A stretch of 64,000 nt of DNA from Candidatus Sumerlaeales bacterium (GTDB lineage: Bacteria > Sumerlaeota > Sumerlaeia > Sumerlaeales > Sumerlaeaceae): the NCBI GenBank assembly GCA_038243585.1, contig JBBSQY010000001.1, positions 96,001 through 160,000 of the forward strand, read 5' to 3'. Position numbers and translations under genes: made by a program. Below, piece after piece: positions 1-8,924 of this stretch; position 1 is the first letter of the stretch; each line of letters opens with the position of its first letter. The notes beneath the pieces are model-generated. The model was not told where the DNA came from. It ran no database searches and saw nothing but the letters and a program-made list of their open reading frames with translations.

Positions 1-1629
1 GCGATCCTTATCTCAATAGCGGGCTTTTGCCTGGGGCTGGCAGCTTATACCCCTTCTATAGCAGCATGGTTCTCCGCCGAGGAACTGACCGGGATTTTCA
101 TTGTGCGCCATGATCCGTTTAACTTGTGGAGCGGGCGCGGCGGACCCGGATTTTTCCGTCCGGTAATTCCCATGATTCTGTGGGTATGGCATTATCTGTT
201 CGGACTTGAACCGCGCCCATACCACCTGCTAAACCTGACAGTCCATCTGCTGAACACCTGTCTTGTCTATAGCGTCGCCCGTGGATGGACGCGACTGCTG
301 CCGGAGTCCCATCGGTTGCGTTCATCCACCGCCGCCGGTGCGGCCGCCCTCCTCTTTTGGGTGTGGCCGTCGCACTCGGAACCGGTTTCCTGGATTCCGG
401 CGCTTACGGATGTCGCTGCCGCCGTGTGGGCCCTGAGCAGCATTGCGGCTTATTTGCGTTACAGAAACGGTGGATCTTGGGGCTGGGCGTTAGGGGCCGT
501 GCTCCTATACATAGGCGGTCTCTGCACCAAAGAATCGGTTATCACTCTGCCTGCAGCCATTTTCGCCTACGAAATCATGCGTGCGCTGCTGCTGAGGAAA
601 TGGCGTGCCAGGGATTTTTTGTTCCCGATGGCATTTGCCGTCGTTTTTTTCAACTATTTCCTATTCAGTAGGGGTGTGACGGGGGCTTTTCTGGGGGGGT
701 ATGGCACAGGGGTCCATTCAGACTTCTCTTGGACGCGAATGCGCTATACGCTTACGCCAAACCTCGCGAACGCGTTCCTGCCTTTGCCGGGCCTGAACGC
801 AAATCAGACGAACCTGTTGATGCTATTTTTTGCCCTCGTGTGCGCCACTGCAATATTCTGGAGAAGCTCACGCAATTTCCGCAAAGCGGCAGGCAATCAA
901 AGCGAAAGCGCGACGGTTGAGGTTCAAGCCTTCCGTTACGCGATACTGCCCATTATGGCGATGGCAGTGGCCGCGGTGCTCATATTTCTGCCGGGGCTCA
1001 ACCTAGTTATTGGACATATCACGGACGGACAGCGTTTTTCCTATCTTGCGTCGGCCCTCGCCGTGATCTCCGTGGCCTATACAGCGGCCTATGCGCTGCC
1101 GTCCGGGCGTTGGTTCCTGGCGATTGTGGGGTTATTGGCCATCGCCTGTGCGGGACTTCTTGCCACCTATAACACGAACTGGTATAATGCCGGGAAAATA
1201 GCCCGGAAAGGGGTGCGAGGTATGAAGGATCTTCCTCCTGCCCGAAAACTCTACGTGCTTACGACGACGGGATCCTACCACGGGGCATTCGTTCTGCCCC
1301 ACAGCCTTGATCTCATATCGCAAATGATGCTGAAAACGCCCCGCGAAGGGCAGATTATCATGGCGGGAACTGTCCGTAACTGGACTCCGCAGACCGACGT
1401 CCGCGTCAACCAAACCCACCGCGATGGCGCAATCGGATATCTCGTCCGCCTGGAAAATGAGAAACCAGATGCTGGACCGGCCCCACGCCTCGAACCTTTA
1501 AGTGGGCCGTCAGATGTTCTCGCTGCGATTAAATTGGAAGGGGAAACCCTTTATGTGCAGCCGAGGGATTTTGATCCCACACTGGACAAGGTTGTCTGGC
1601 TCGACGGCGGGACTTGGGAGCAGCTATAA
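1..1629 (+). CDS. GT-C-fold (PMT/TMTC-like) polytopic membrane glycosyltransferase, 5'-partial
   Basis: Frame is open from base 1 (AILISIAGFCLGLAAYTPSIAAWFSAEE...). Motifs FFRPV, YHLLNLTVHLLNT, WPSHSEPVSWI, TKES and RFSY; about 12 hydrophobic helices. Confidence 0.7.
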   Translation, partial: AILISIAGFCLGLAAYTPSIAAWFSAEELTGIFIVRHDPFNLWSGRGGPGFFRPVIPMILWVWHYLFGLEPRPYHLLNLTVHLLNTCLVYSVARGWTRLLPESHRLRSSTAAGAAALLFWVWPSHSEPVSWIPALTDVAAAVWALSSIAAYLRYRNGGSWGWALGAVLLYIGGLCTKESVITLPAAIFAYEIMRALLLRKWRARDFLFPMAFAVVFFNYFLFSRGVTGAFLGGYGTGVHSDFSWTRMRYTLTPNLANAFLPLPGLNANQTNLLMLFFALVCATAIFWRSSRNFRKAAGNQSESATVEVQAFRYAILPIMAMAVAAVLIFLPGLNLVIGHITDGQRFSYLASALAVISVAYTAAYALPSGRWFLAIVGLLAIACAGLLATYNTNWYNAGKIARKGVRGMKDLPPARKLYVLTTTGSYHGAFVLPHSLDLISQMMLKTPREGQIIMAGTVRNWTPQTDVRVNQTHRDGAIGYLVRLENEKPDAGPAPRLEPLSGPSDVLAAIKLEGETLYVQPRDFDPTLDKVVWLDGGTWEQL

Positions 1630-2190
1630 AAGCGGCTCAGCCTGCGGTTCAGGGGCTTCTTCCGCTGATGGCGGATCGAAAATCGTCGTAAAGGCTGTCA
1701 GGTACATAAACAGCCCAATTCCTCCAACGATGGCCATATCCGCTACGTTGAAGGTCGGCCAGAAGTGTTCTTTGCCGTTACGGATAAAGTACGCGTGGAG
1801 AAAGTCTATCACGTAACCATACCGCACCCGATCAATCAGATTGCCGACGGCGCCACCGATGATAAGCCCGAAGGACAATTGCACTATAGGCTGTTTCTGA
1901 CGCATCACGAAGGACCAGATGAGAATTCCAAAGATCATGACGCTGGATACCATCAGGATTACCCAGGGAAATTCTTCCATAAAGGAAAAGGCCGCCCCGC
2001 GATTTTCTGCCCAGCGGAAGTCAAAATACCCTGGTATGACTTCTATCCATCGCGGATATGGATAACCTCGCTCCAGGGCTGGAGCGAGGTTTTCCTTTGC
2101 CAGATGCTTTGTGTACAAATCCAACACCAGCACAAACTCTGCGGTTAGAATCATCCAGATACGCCAACTACGAAGCTTGCTCAAATACAA
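1624..2190 (-). CDS. lspA: Lipoprotein signal peptidase II
   Basis: Motifs DLYTK, NRGAAFS, GAVGNLIDR, VIDF, FNVADMAI; lies in the ileS operon. Confidence 0.95.
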   Translation of the reverse strand: MYLSKLRSWRIWMILTAEFVLVLDLYTKHLAKENLAPALERGYPYPRWIEVIPGYFDFRWAENRGAAFSFMEEFPWVILMVSSVMIFGILIWSFVMRQKQPIVQLSFGLIIGGAVGNLIDRVRYGYVIDFLHAYFIRNGKEHFWPTFNVADMAIVGGIGLFMYLTAFTTIFDPPSAEEAPEPQAEPLL

Positions 2191-2196
2191 TACCGC

Positions 2197-3453
2197 TTAG
2201 GCCTTTCCGGCTTCCAGCAAACGAAGGCAGGCTACACAATACCGCGCGTTTGGCTTGGCTTTAAGACGCTCGAAATCAATGTTTTGCTGGCACCGGTTGC
2301 AGGTTCCGTAGTCCCCGGTTTCGATGGACCGCAATGCATCATCGATCTGGATGAGCTGTTCGGCTTCAATATTTCGAATTGCCAGGTCTGTCTCTACTTG
2401 GATATTATCCGTGGCGCTATCTGCCAACTGCAACGAAAAGCCCGGTTGCTGCGAGTCGTCGCTGTCGGAGCTTGGTGTTAAGGAACGGTCGTCCAGCGTA
2501 CGCATTTCCTCAACAATTCGTTCCCGTTCATGCAACAGCATCTGCTTAAGCTTTACTAAATCTTCTGGCTTAAGCTTACGCCCTGGTTTGGACTGAGGTT
2601 GCGGAGCAGCGGACTTGATGCTAATTTTGTTATTATCTGTTCCGGATTTGCTGTCGTTTGTAATCATCGAGTTTTTTTCCTTCCCCTTAACTGCGGGTTT
2701 GGAAGTCTCTTTAACAGGATTCGGACCAGACATCACAACGGCCGGCGCAGCGAATTTTTCTGTCGCTTTATCCGTGGCACGGACAACGGTTCTGTTCGTG
2801 GCTTTACTTAGCTTGGCAGGAGACGGTATAGGCGTTCCCGCGTCTTTCCCCTTCGGATTGACTGAGGGAACTTTCTTGGCAGGAACCGGCGCTAAGGCCT
2901 TTCCAGCCGCTGATTTACCTTTAGCTGATGGTTGTGCTTTTGCAGTGCCAACGTTCTTGGGTGCTGGTGAACTGGCCGCTTTGCCGATAGAGCCAACTTT
3001 GGTCGGTTTGGCAGCGTCTTGCTTTTGCGTTTTTGTAGAAGTTTCAGTTGTTTTGGATTTTGTGTTCTTTACAGGTGCGGATTGTTTTGCCTTTGGTGCG
3101 GCGGCGGGAGCCTTGACGGCAGATTTCGACGTCGCCTTAACGGCAGGTTTTGCAACAACCTTGGCCGCAGGCTTCGCGGCAGGTTTGGAAACAGGCTTGG
3201 CCGCAGCTTTTGCAGGCGACTTTGACGCCGACGTGGCCGACTTGCTCGCCACTGCCGTTTTTGCTGGGGCAGCAGATTTCGCGGGCGCGGCTTTGCCGGC
3301 CGGAGTGGCAGCCTTTGCGGTTACGGCCTTCGTAGAAGATTTAACCGGTGCCTTGGCGACGGTTTTATCTTTGGCTGCCTGTGTTGTGGCGGCCGGTTTG
3401 GCCACCGTCTTTTTAGCGGTTGCCTTGGCTACCGTTTTCTTGCCTACAGCCAT
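2197..3453 (-). CDS. dksA: TraR/DksA-family C4 zinc-finger protein with long Ala/Lys/Pro-rich N-terminal extension
   Basis: C-terminal coiled coil plus YGTCNRC...RLKAKPNARYCVAC; GAGGAGG upstream of ATG 3453; position between ileS and lspA. Confidence 0.8.
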   Translation of the reverse strand: MAVGKKTVAKATAKKTVAKPAATTQAAKDKTVAKAPVKSSTKAVTAKAATPAGKAAPAKSAAPAKTAVASKSATSASKSPAKAAAKPVSKPAAKPAAKVVAKPAVKATSKSAVKAPAAAPKAKQSAPVKNTKSKTTETSTKTQKQDAAKPTKVGSIGKAASSPAPKNVGTAKAQPSAKGKSAAGKALAPVPAKKVPSVNPKGKDAGTPIPSPAKLSKATNRTVVRATDKATEKFAAPAVVMSGPNPVKETSKPAVKGKEKNSMITNDSKSGTDNNKISIKSAAPQPQSKPGRKLKPEDLVKLKQMLLHERERIVEEMRTLDDRSLTPSSDSDDSQQPGFSLQLADSATDNIQVETDLAIRNIEAEQLIQIDDALRSIETGDYGTCNRCQQNIDFERLKAKPNARYCVACLRLLEAGKA

Positions 3454-6304
3454 GCTCTGTGTGCCTCCTCAAGACATTTCCACATCGGTCGCATAACCCC
3501 GGATACTCCGCATCATTACCGGTATCCGGTAATATGCGCCAGCACCTTTCACATTTCGAGCCCTCTGCCGGCAACACCGTGACGTGCACGATATCTCCCT
3601 TGAGAGACGTGATCACGTTATCCGCACCGATGTCGGCTCCAGATTCCGCGACTTCCGCCTGCGACGTGATAAAGAGTTCAGGCAACAGCCCGGCCTTTTC
3701 CCGTAACAGCTCAGCCAGTTTTCCATCGCCGGGCTGCACAATGACCCGCGCTTCCAGGCTTTGGCCGATGGCTTTCTTAATTTGGCGAGCATCTTCGAGC
3801 GCACGCAAAACGTCGTTTCGCACGGCCAGAAGTTGCTGCCAGCGAGCGCCAATTTCGGGCTGATTCCATGAATTTGGCAACTCATTAAAGGGGAGCAGAT
3901 GAACGCTCTCTATAGTGCTGTCAAGATATTGATACGCTTCATCGCAAGTAAATACCAAAATCGGCGCAAGCAGCCGCAAAAGGGTGATGGCAACGGCATG
4001 TTGAGCCGTCTGCGCCGCCCTGCGATTGGCGCTGGTTTCTCCGCCGCAATACATACGGTCTTTGGTTATATCCAGGTAGACGGAGCTAAGCTGAACCACG
4101 CAAAATTGCGTGGCCTGGTGATAGATCCGATGAAACTCATAATCGTTGTAAGCCTTTTGGATTGAGGTATTCAGAGTGTAAAGTTCATGGAGGATCCACT
4201 GATCTATTTCCTGAAGCTGATCATAAGGGACAGCGTCGGTTTCTGCGTTGAAGCCTTCCAGATTTCCCAGCAAATACCGCATGGTGTTACGGACGCGGCG
4301 ATACCCTTCCGCCACACGGCTCAGGATTTCTTCTGAAACCTTTACATCGTTGCGATAATCTTCGCTGGTCACCCACAGGCGCAGCACGTCGGCGCCGTAT
4401 TTTTTGACCACTTCGTCCGGTGCGATCACGTTGCCTTTGCTCTTGCTCATGGCCTCGCCCTTGCCGTCCAGCACGAAACCATGCGTAAGCACGGCCTTAT
4501 AAGGCGGAGCGCCCTTGATTCCCATGCTGGTCAGCAGTGACGTATGAAACCAGCCGCGATGCTGATCGCTGCCTTCGAGATAGAGATCTGCCGGCCACTG
4601 CATATCCGGCCAGTGTCCGCTTTCCAGCACGGCGAGATGGCTTATCCCGCTGTCAAACCACACATCGAGAATGTTCTGTTCCTTCTCAAAATCCTGGCCG
4701 CCGCATTGTTTGCATTTCGATTCAGGAGAAAGAAACTTTTCAAGCGGTTCACTCCACCAGCAATCGCTTCCGTCGCGGGTGGCCTGCTCACGCACCTTTT
4801 CGATCACCTCCGGCAGCAGAGACGACGTGTTGCAGGACTGACAGATCACGGCCGGGATGGGAACGCCCCACACCCGCTGGCGCGACAGGCACCAATCCGG
4901 ACGCGCGGCCATCATGTTGCGAATGCGATCACGGCCCCAGGCCGGAATCCACTTGATGGTGTTGTCGATCTCGTTGATCGTTTTGTCGCGCAGGTCTGCA
5001 TGATCCACCCGCATAAACCATTGTTCCGTCGCCCGGTAGATGATCGGGTTGTGACAGCGCCAGCAGTGGGGGTAACTATGGGCGTACTGCTTGTGATTGA
5101 CAAGCAGGTGCTTCTCATCCAGGTAACGGATGATCGGCGTATTGGCTTCCCAGACGGACATGCCCTCCATGAGAGAGAACTTCTCCGTAAAACGTCCTGC
5201 ATGATCGACCGGCAGATAAACTTCCAGATCGTATTTCCGACCAACAATAAAATCGTCCATGCCGTGGGCCGGCGCCGTATGAACCGCACCGGTACCCGCT
5301 TCCAGAGTCACATGCTCGCCCAGGATAACCATGCTGGTGCGGTCGGGAAACATGGGATGCTCCAGTAGCGCTCGTTCAAGTTCCCGGCTGCTGACTGGTT
5401 TCACTATAGTAAATTTTTCGATGCCGGCGTCTGCCGTAAACGACTCAACCAGTTCCCGGGCTACGATATAATCATCTTCGCCGTCGCCGTCAATTGCCGG
5501 GACGCGGATTGCCACGTATTCGAGGTCTGGATGCAGAGACACCGCCATGTTGGCGGGCATTGTCCAGGGGGTAGTAGTCCAGATGACAACGGACGGGCGA
5601 TTGAGCCCCTCCAGCGCCGGGATGGTCTCTGGTGATTGAAACGGAAATTTTACATAAATTGCCGGTGACTCGTGGTTTGCGTATTCCACTTCTGCGTCCG
5701 CCAGGGCGGTCTGGCAGCTTGCGCACCAGAACACGGGTTTCAAGCCCTTATAAACGTAATCCTTCTCAACCAGTGCCTTGAGCGCGCCAAGCTCGCTCGC
5801 TTCGAATGCAGGGGCCAGGGTCAGATAGCGCTGCTCCCAGCGGCCGCCAATGCCCAGCCGCTTAAAAGCGTCTTCCTGGGTCTTTACCCATTTCTGGGCA
5901 TATTCGGCGCACTTTTTCCGAATATCCAGAACCGTCATGTCCAGCTTTTTGCGGCCAAGATCAGACGAAACTTTCAGTTCAATAGGCAGGCCGTGACAGT
6001 CCCACCCGGGGACATAAGGGGAGTTATATCCGGACATTGTGCGCTGGCGCACGAGGATGTCTTTAAGAATCTTGTTTAGGGCATGGCCCACATGGATTGC
6101 GCCGTTGGCGTAAGGAGGGCCGTCATGCAGAATGAACTTTCCCTTACGTGCGGTAAGATTATCGATCTTACTCTGCAAGCCGATTTCGGTCCAGCGTTTA
6201 AGCACTTCCGGCTCGCGCTGGTTGAGGTTCGCCCGCATGGGGAAGCCGGTTTTCGGCAGTAGGATTGTTGCTTTGTAGTCGTTTTTCTTATCTTCAGTGG
6301 TCAT
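3413..6304 (-). CDS. ileS: Isoleucine--tRNA ligase
   Basis: HDGPPYANGAIHVGH (HIGH), GWDCHGLPIE, WTTTPWT, GSDQHRGWF, AMSKS, C-terminal CERCW...CDRC. Confidence 0.98.
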   Translation of the reverse strand: MTTEDKKNDYKATILLPKTGFPMRANLNQREPEVLKRWTEIGLQSKIDNLTARKGKFILHDGPPYANGAIHVGHALNKILKDILVRQRTMSGYNSPYVPGWDCHGLPIELKVSSDLGRKKLDMTVLDIRKKCAEYAQKWVKTQEDAFKRLGIGGRWEQRYLTLAPAFEASELGALKALVEKDYVYKGLKPVFWCASCQTALADAEVEYANHESPAIYVKFPFQSPETIPALEGLNRPSVVIWTTTPWTMPANMAVSLHPDLEYVAIRVPAIDGDGEDDYIVARELVESFTADAGIEKFTIVKPVSSRELERALLEHPMFPDRTSMVILGEHVTLEAGTGAVHTAPAHGMDDFIVGRKYDLEVYLPVDHAGRFTEKFSLMEGMSVWEANTPIIRYLDEKHLLVNHKQYAHSYPHCWRCHNPIIYRATEQWFMRVDHADLRDKTINEIDNTIKWIPAWGRDRIRNMMAARPDWCLSRQRVWGVPIPAVICQSCNTSSLLPEVIEKVREQATRDGSDCWWSEPLEKFLSPESKCKQCGGQDFEKEQNILDVWFDSGISHLAVLESGHWPDMQWPADLYLEGSDQHRGWFHTSLLTSMGIKGAPPYKAVLTHGFVLDGKGEAMSKSKGNVIAPDEVVKKYGADVLRLWVTSEDYRNDVKVSEEILSRVAEGYRRVRNTMRYLLGNLEGFNAETDAVPYDQLQEIDQWILHELYTLNTSIQKAYNDYEFHRIYHQATQFCVVQLSSVYLDITKDRMYCGGETSANRRAAQTAQHAVAITLLRLLAPILVFTCDEAYQYLDSTIESVHLLPFNELPNSWNQPEIGARWQQLLAVRNDVLRALEDARQIKKAIGQSLEARVIVQPGDGKLAELLREKAGLLPELFITSQAEVAESGADIGADNVITSLKGDIVHVTVLPAEGSKCERCWRILPDTGNDAEYPGLCDRCGNVLRRHTEHGCRQENGSQGNR

Positions 6305-6367
6305 GGCGGATTGAGAAATAGGCGTGCGGGTGCAATATTCCAGTCAAATTGCGCACTATAAGTAAAA

Positions 6368-6500
6368 GAAGTCGCATAGGCGTCTCGCCTGTGTAAAATC
6401 AGCGGTAATGATCAGGCTGCAGGATAGAACGGGCGTGGTCTTCCGCGGCTACTTCATCTGACCCCCGACTGACTCGTCACAGGCGAGACGCCAACGCGAC
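6368..6500. repeat. Inverted pair of REP-like palindromes (family A)
   Basis: GAAGTCGCATAGGCGTCTCGCCTGTGTA at 6368-6395 and an inverted copy at 6478-6500; matches copies at 29.0, 45.4, 48.1 and 57.0 kb. Confidence 0.8.
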
Positions 6501-6506
6501 ATGGTG

Positions 6507-7088
6507 TTACGCAAAAACCAGCACCTGGGCGGGTCTGATTACGTAGCCATTCAGTTCAAAACCTTTCAGCACTTCCTGGCCGATAGTATTTTGATTATTC
6601 TCGTCGCCCGGCATGGTGCCTACTGCGTCATGAAGATTGGGGTCAAAGGCGGTACCCGGCTGACAGGGTATTTCTTTAAGATTCTGACGATGGAAGACCT
6701 CCTGCATCTGCTGGAGAATTCCCTGGATCCCGGCCCGGAGTGACCCGTAATCTTCCACTTCTTCGGCGTGGCCCATCGCGCGTAAAAAATTATCGTAAAT
6801 AGGCAGTAGTTCCAGCATTATGTCACGCCGCGCTTCTTCCCGCGCCTCCGTGCGTCCCGCAGCCGTGCGTTTGCGATAGTTGTCAAAATCCGCCTGCAGG
6901 CGCATCAACTTGTTCATGAGGTCTGCATGCACAGCTGCCGCCTGCGCCTTAAAATCCGGCTGTTCATCCAACTCGCCAGCCTGGTCTATATCTTGCGCCG
7001 CAATGTCCACTATTTCCGCGTCCTGCTCTTCTGTTCTATCGTCCACTTTATTGTCGCCCTTTGCTTTTCTGAAAAATTGCCTAAACAT
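6507..7088 (-). CDS. grpE: Nucleotide exchange factor GrpE
   Basis: RLQADFDNYRKR, LLPIYDNFLRA, FDPNLHDAV, KGFELNGYVIRPAQV. Confidence 0.95.
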   Translation of the reverse strand: MFRQFFRKAKGDNKVDDRTEEQDAEIVDIAAQDIDQAGELDEQPDFKAQAAAVHADLMNKLMRLQADFDNYRKRTAAGRTEAREEARRDIMLELLPIYDNFLRAMGHAEEVEDYGSLRAGIQGILQQMQEVFHRQNLKEIPCQPGTAFDPNLHDAVGTMPGDENNQNTIGQEVLKGFELNGYVIRPAQVLVFA

Positions 7089-7181
7089 GGGTGGCCGGGC
7101 CTCCCGATTAGCACCTGTCGATCATGTCGCCCGAAAGCGCAGCATATCTAACGTACTTTGACCGAACTTCCGTCGATTTGT

Positions 7182-8078
7182 TCAGCGAGACGCGGGCATC
7201 GGGCGGATCCTGCTTCCGCCTGTCGTCCCCTGAGCTTTCAGCCCCATAATGGCCGCGATACGCTTTTCCGTAGGCGGGTGGGTGCTGAAAAGCTGAGACA
7301 TTCCCCTACCCGTCAACGGATTAATAATAAACATATGCTGAGTGCCTTGGGCCGTTGGCAGCTGCTGACTATGGGCAAAGCTCTCAATCCGACGCAAAGC
7401 GTTCGCCATGGCGTCGGGGTTGCCCGTGGCCTCCACAGCGGCCCGGTCAGCGCCGTACTCCCGGGTGCGGGAAATGGCCATTTGCAACACCATGGCCAGC
7501 ATCGGAGCCAGTATCGCCATCATCAGCAAGACTATCGGGTTGCCGCCTTCCCGGTTGCCACCGCCGAAAAACATACCGAACTGTCCTACGTTCGCCAGCA
7601 TGGCCACCGCCCCAGCGATACTCGCAGCCACGGTGCTGATCAGCGTATCACGGTTGCGTATGTGCCCCAGTTCATGGGCGATGACGCCCTCAAGTTCATC
7701 GGCAGACAAGGCTCGCATGATTCCCTGCGTAACGGCCACAACCCCATGCTCCGGATTCCGACCCGTTGCAAATGCGTTCGGAACTTCCGTCGGAACTATG
7801 CAAATCTTAGGTTTCGGCAGCTTCATCAGTCCGCACAAGCGCTCGACCATCTCATGCAATCGCGGCTCCTCCGACGCACTAACTTCCCTCGCCTTATACA
7901 TTTTAAGGACGATTTTGTCTGAGTGGAAGTAGCTAATCCAATTCATCACAATGCCAACACCCAGGAATAGAACCGTCAACAATCCGCCGGTTCCCATCAT
8001 GCGGTCCAGCACCATGCCGAAGACGCCCAGCAGCCCCGTGAGACCGGCCAGAAGAAAAGTTGTTTTCAGTACACCCAT
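7182..8078 (-). CDS. htpX: Zinc metalloprotease HtpX (M48)
   Basis: PNAFATGRNP, HELGH (HEXXH), SRTREYGAD, FSTHPPTEKRI. Confidence 0.95.
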   Translation of the reverse strand: MGVLKTTFLLAGLTGLLGVFGMVLDRMMGTGGLLTVLFLGVGIVMNWISYFHSDKIVLKMYKAREVSASEEPRLHEMVERLCGLMKLPKPKICIVPTEVPNAFATGRNPEHGVVAVTQGIMRALSADELEGVIAHELGHIRNRDTLISTVAASIAGAVAMLANVGQFGMFFGGGNREGGNPIVLLMMAILAPMLAMVLQMAISRTREYGADRAAVEATGNPDAMANALRRIESFAHSQQLPTAQGTQHMFIINPLTGRGMSQLFSTHPPTEKRIAAIMGLKAQGTTGGSRIRPMPASR

Positions 8079-8235
8079 ATCATTGATTCTCCATTAAAAT
8101 ATCCACTGTGAAAGCACGATTAAGTGTTGTGTCTTGCCTTATGATTACAATCTCCGTGCCATCACGAACTCAGGCAATAGCCGCTATTTTTACAAGTTGA
8201 TATTTTTACAATGAAAAGCTGAGGATACAGCACTT

Positions 8236-8742
8236 ATGACGTACACCCCGATACTGGCCACCCTTGGATACATTCTGTCCGACGATGGCCGGTGCGTCTT
8301 AATGATACACCGAAACGCCAGGCCCGGTGATTTGCATCTGGGGAAATTTAATGGCCTCGGCGGAAAGGTGGAGCCTGAAGAAGACATCGGCAGCTGCATG
8401 ATCCGAGAGATTCGCGAAGAAGCGGGCATCGAGGTACAGGCTATGACCCTCCGCGCCACCATAAGCTGGCCGGGGTTTGGGCGAAACGGAGAAGACTGGT
8501 TCGGGTTCATCTTTCTCATAACGAAGTGGACCGGTCAGCCAGCCCTGAAGAATCACGAAGGAGACCTTGAGTGGGTCGAACTGGAAGCTCTGCTGGCCGG
8601 AAAAGTGCCTCTATGGGGCGGCGACCACTTTTTCATTCCCATGATCTTTGATAACAATCCTGAGACGTTCCACGGCGTAATGCCCTACGCCGACGGCAAG
8701 CCCGCCCGCTGGACTTATTACCGTAACAATTCTTTATTGTGA
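8236..8742 (+). CDS. NUDIX hydrolase, 8-oxo-dGTP diphosphatase-like
   Basis: Nudix box GGKVEPEEDIGSCMIREIREEAGI; FNGLGG and EGDLEWV motifs of the MTH1-like subgroup. Confidence 0.88.
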   Translation: MTYTPILATLGYILSDDGRCVLMIHRNARPGDLHLGKFNGLGGKVEPEEDIGSCMIREIREEAGIEVQAMTLRATISWPGFGRNGEDWFGFIFLITKWTGQPALKNHEGDLEWVELEALLAGKVPLWGGDHFFIPMIFDNNPETFHGVMPYADGKPARWTYYRNNSLL

Positions 8743-8924
8743 AACGTCGGACTGGGTAATATCTTGTTTGTAGCAACTGGTTTTCGTGCCAAAATCCTAC
8801 TTTTTCGACCGTGGCGCTGTCCGTTCACGCTGCCATATCGCCATCCTCCCATTATCGAATACTTATGGAATATCGGTTTAAGGTTTCCCTTGGTTACAAG
8901 ATCAGGAGTTATCCGAAAAAAACC

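Noticed and set aside
2615..3496. 293-aa hydrophobic-looking plus-strand ORF
   Set aside because: Antisense shadow of the low-complexity dksA extension
6305..6506. T-box leader upstream of ileS
   Set aside because: No T-box consensus; the space is occupied by REP-like repeats
7089..7181. CIRCE element near grpE (TTAGCAC half-site)
   Set aside because: No matching GAGTGCTAA half-site at 9-nt spacing
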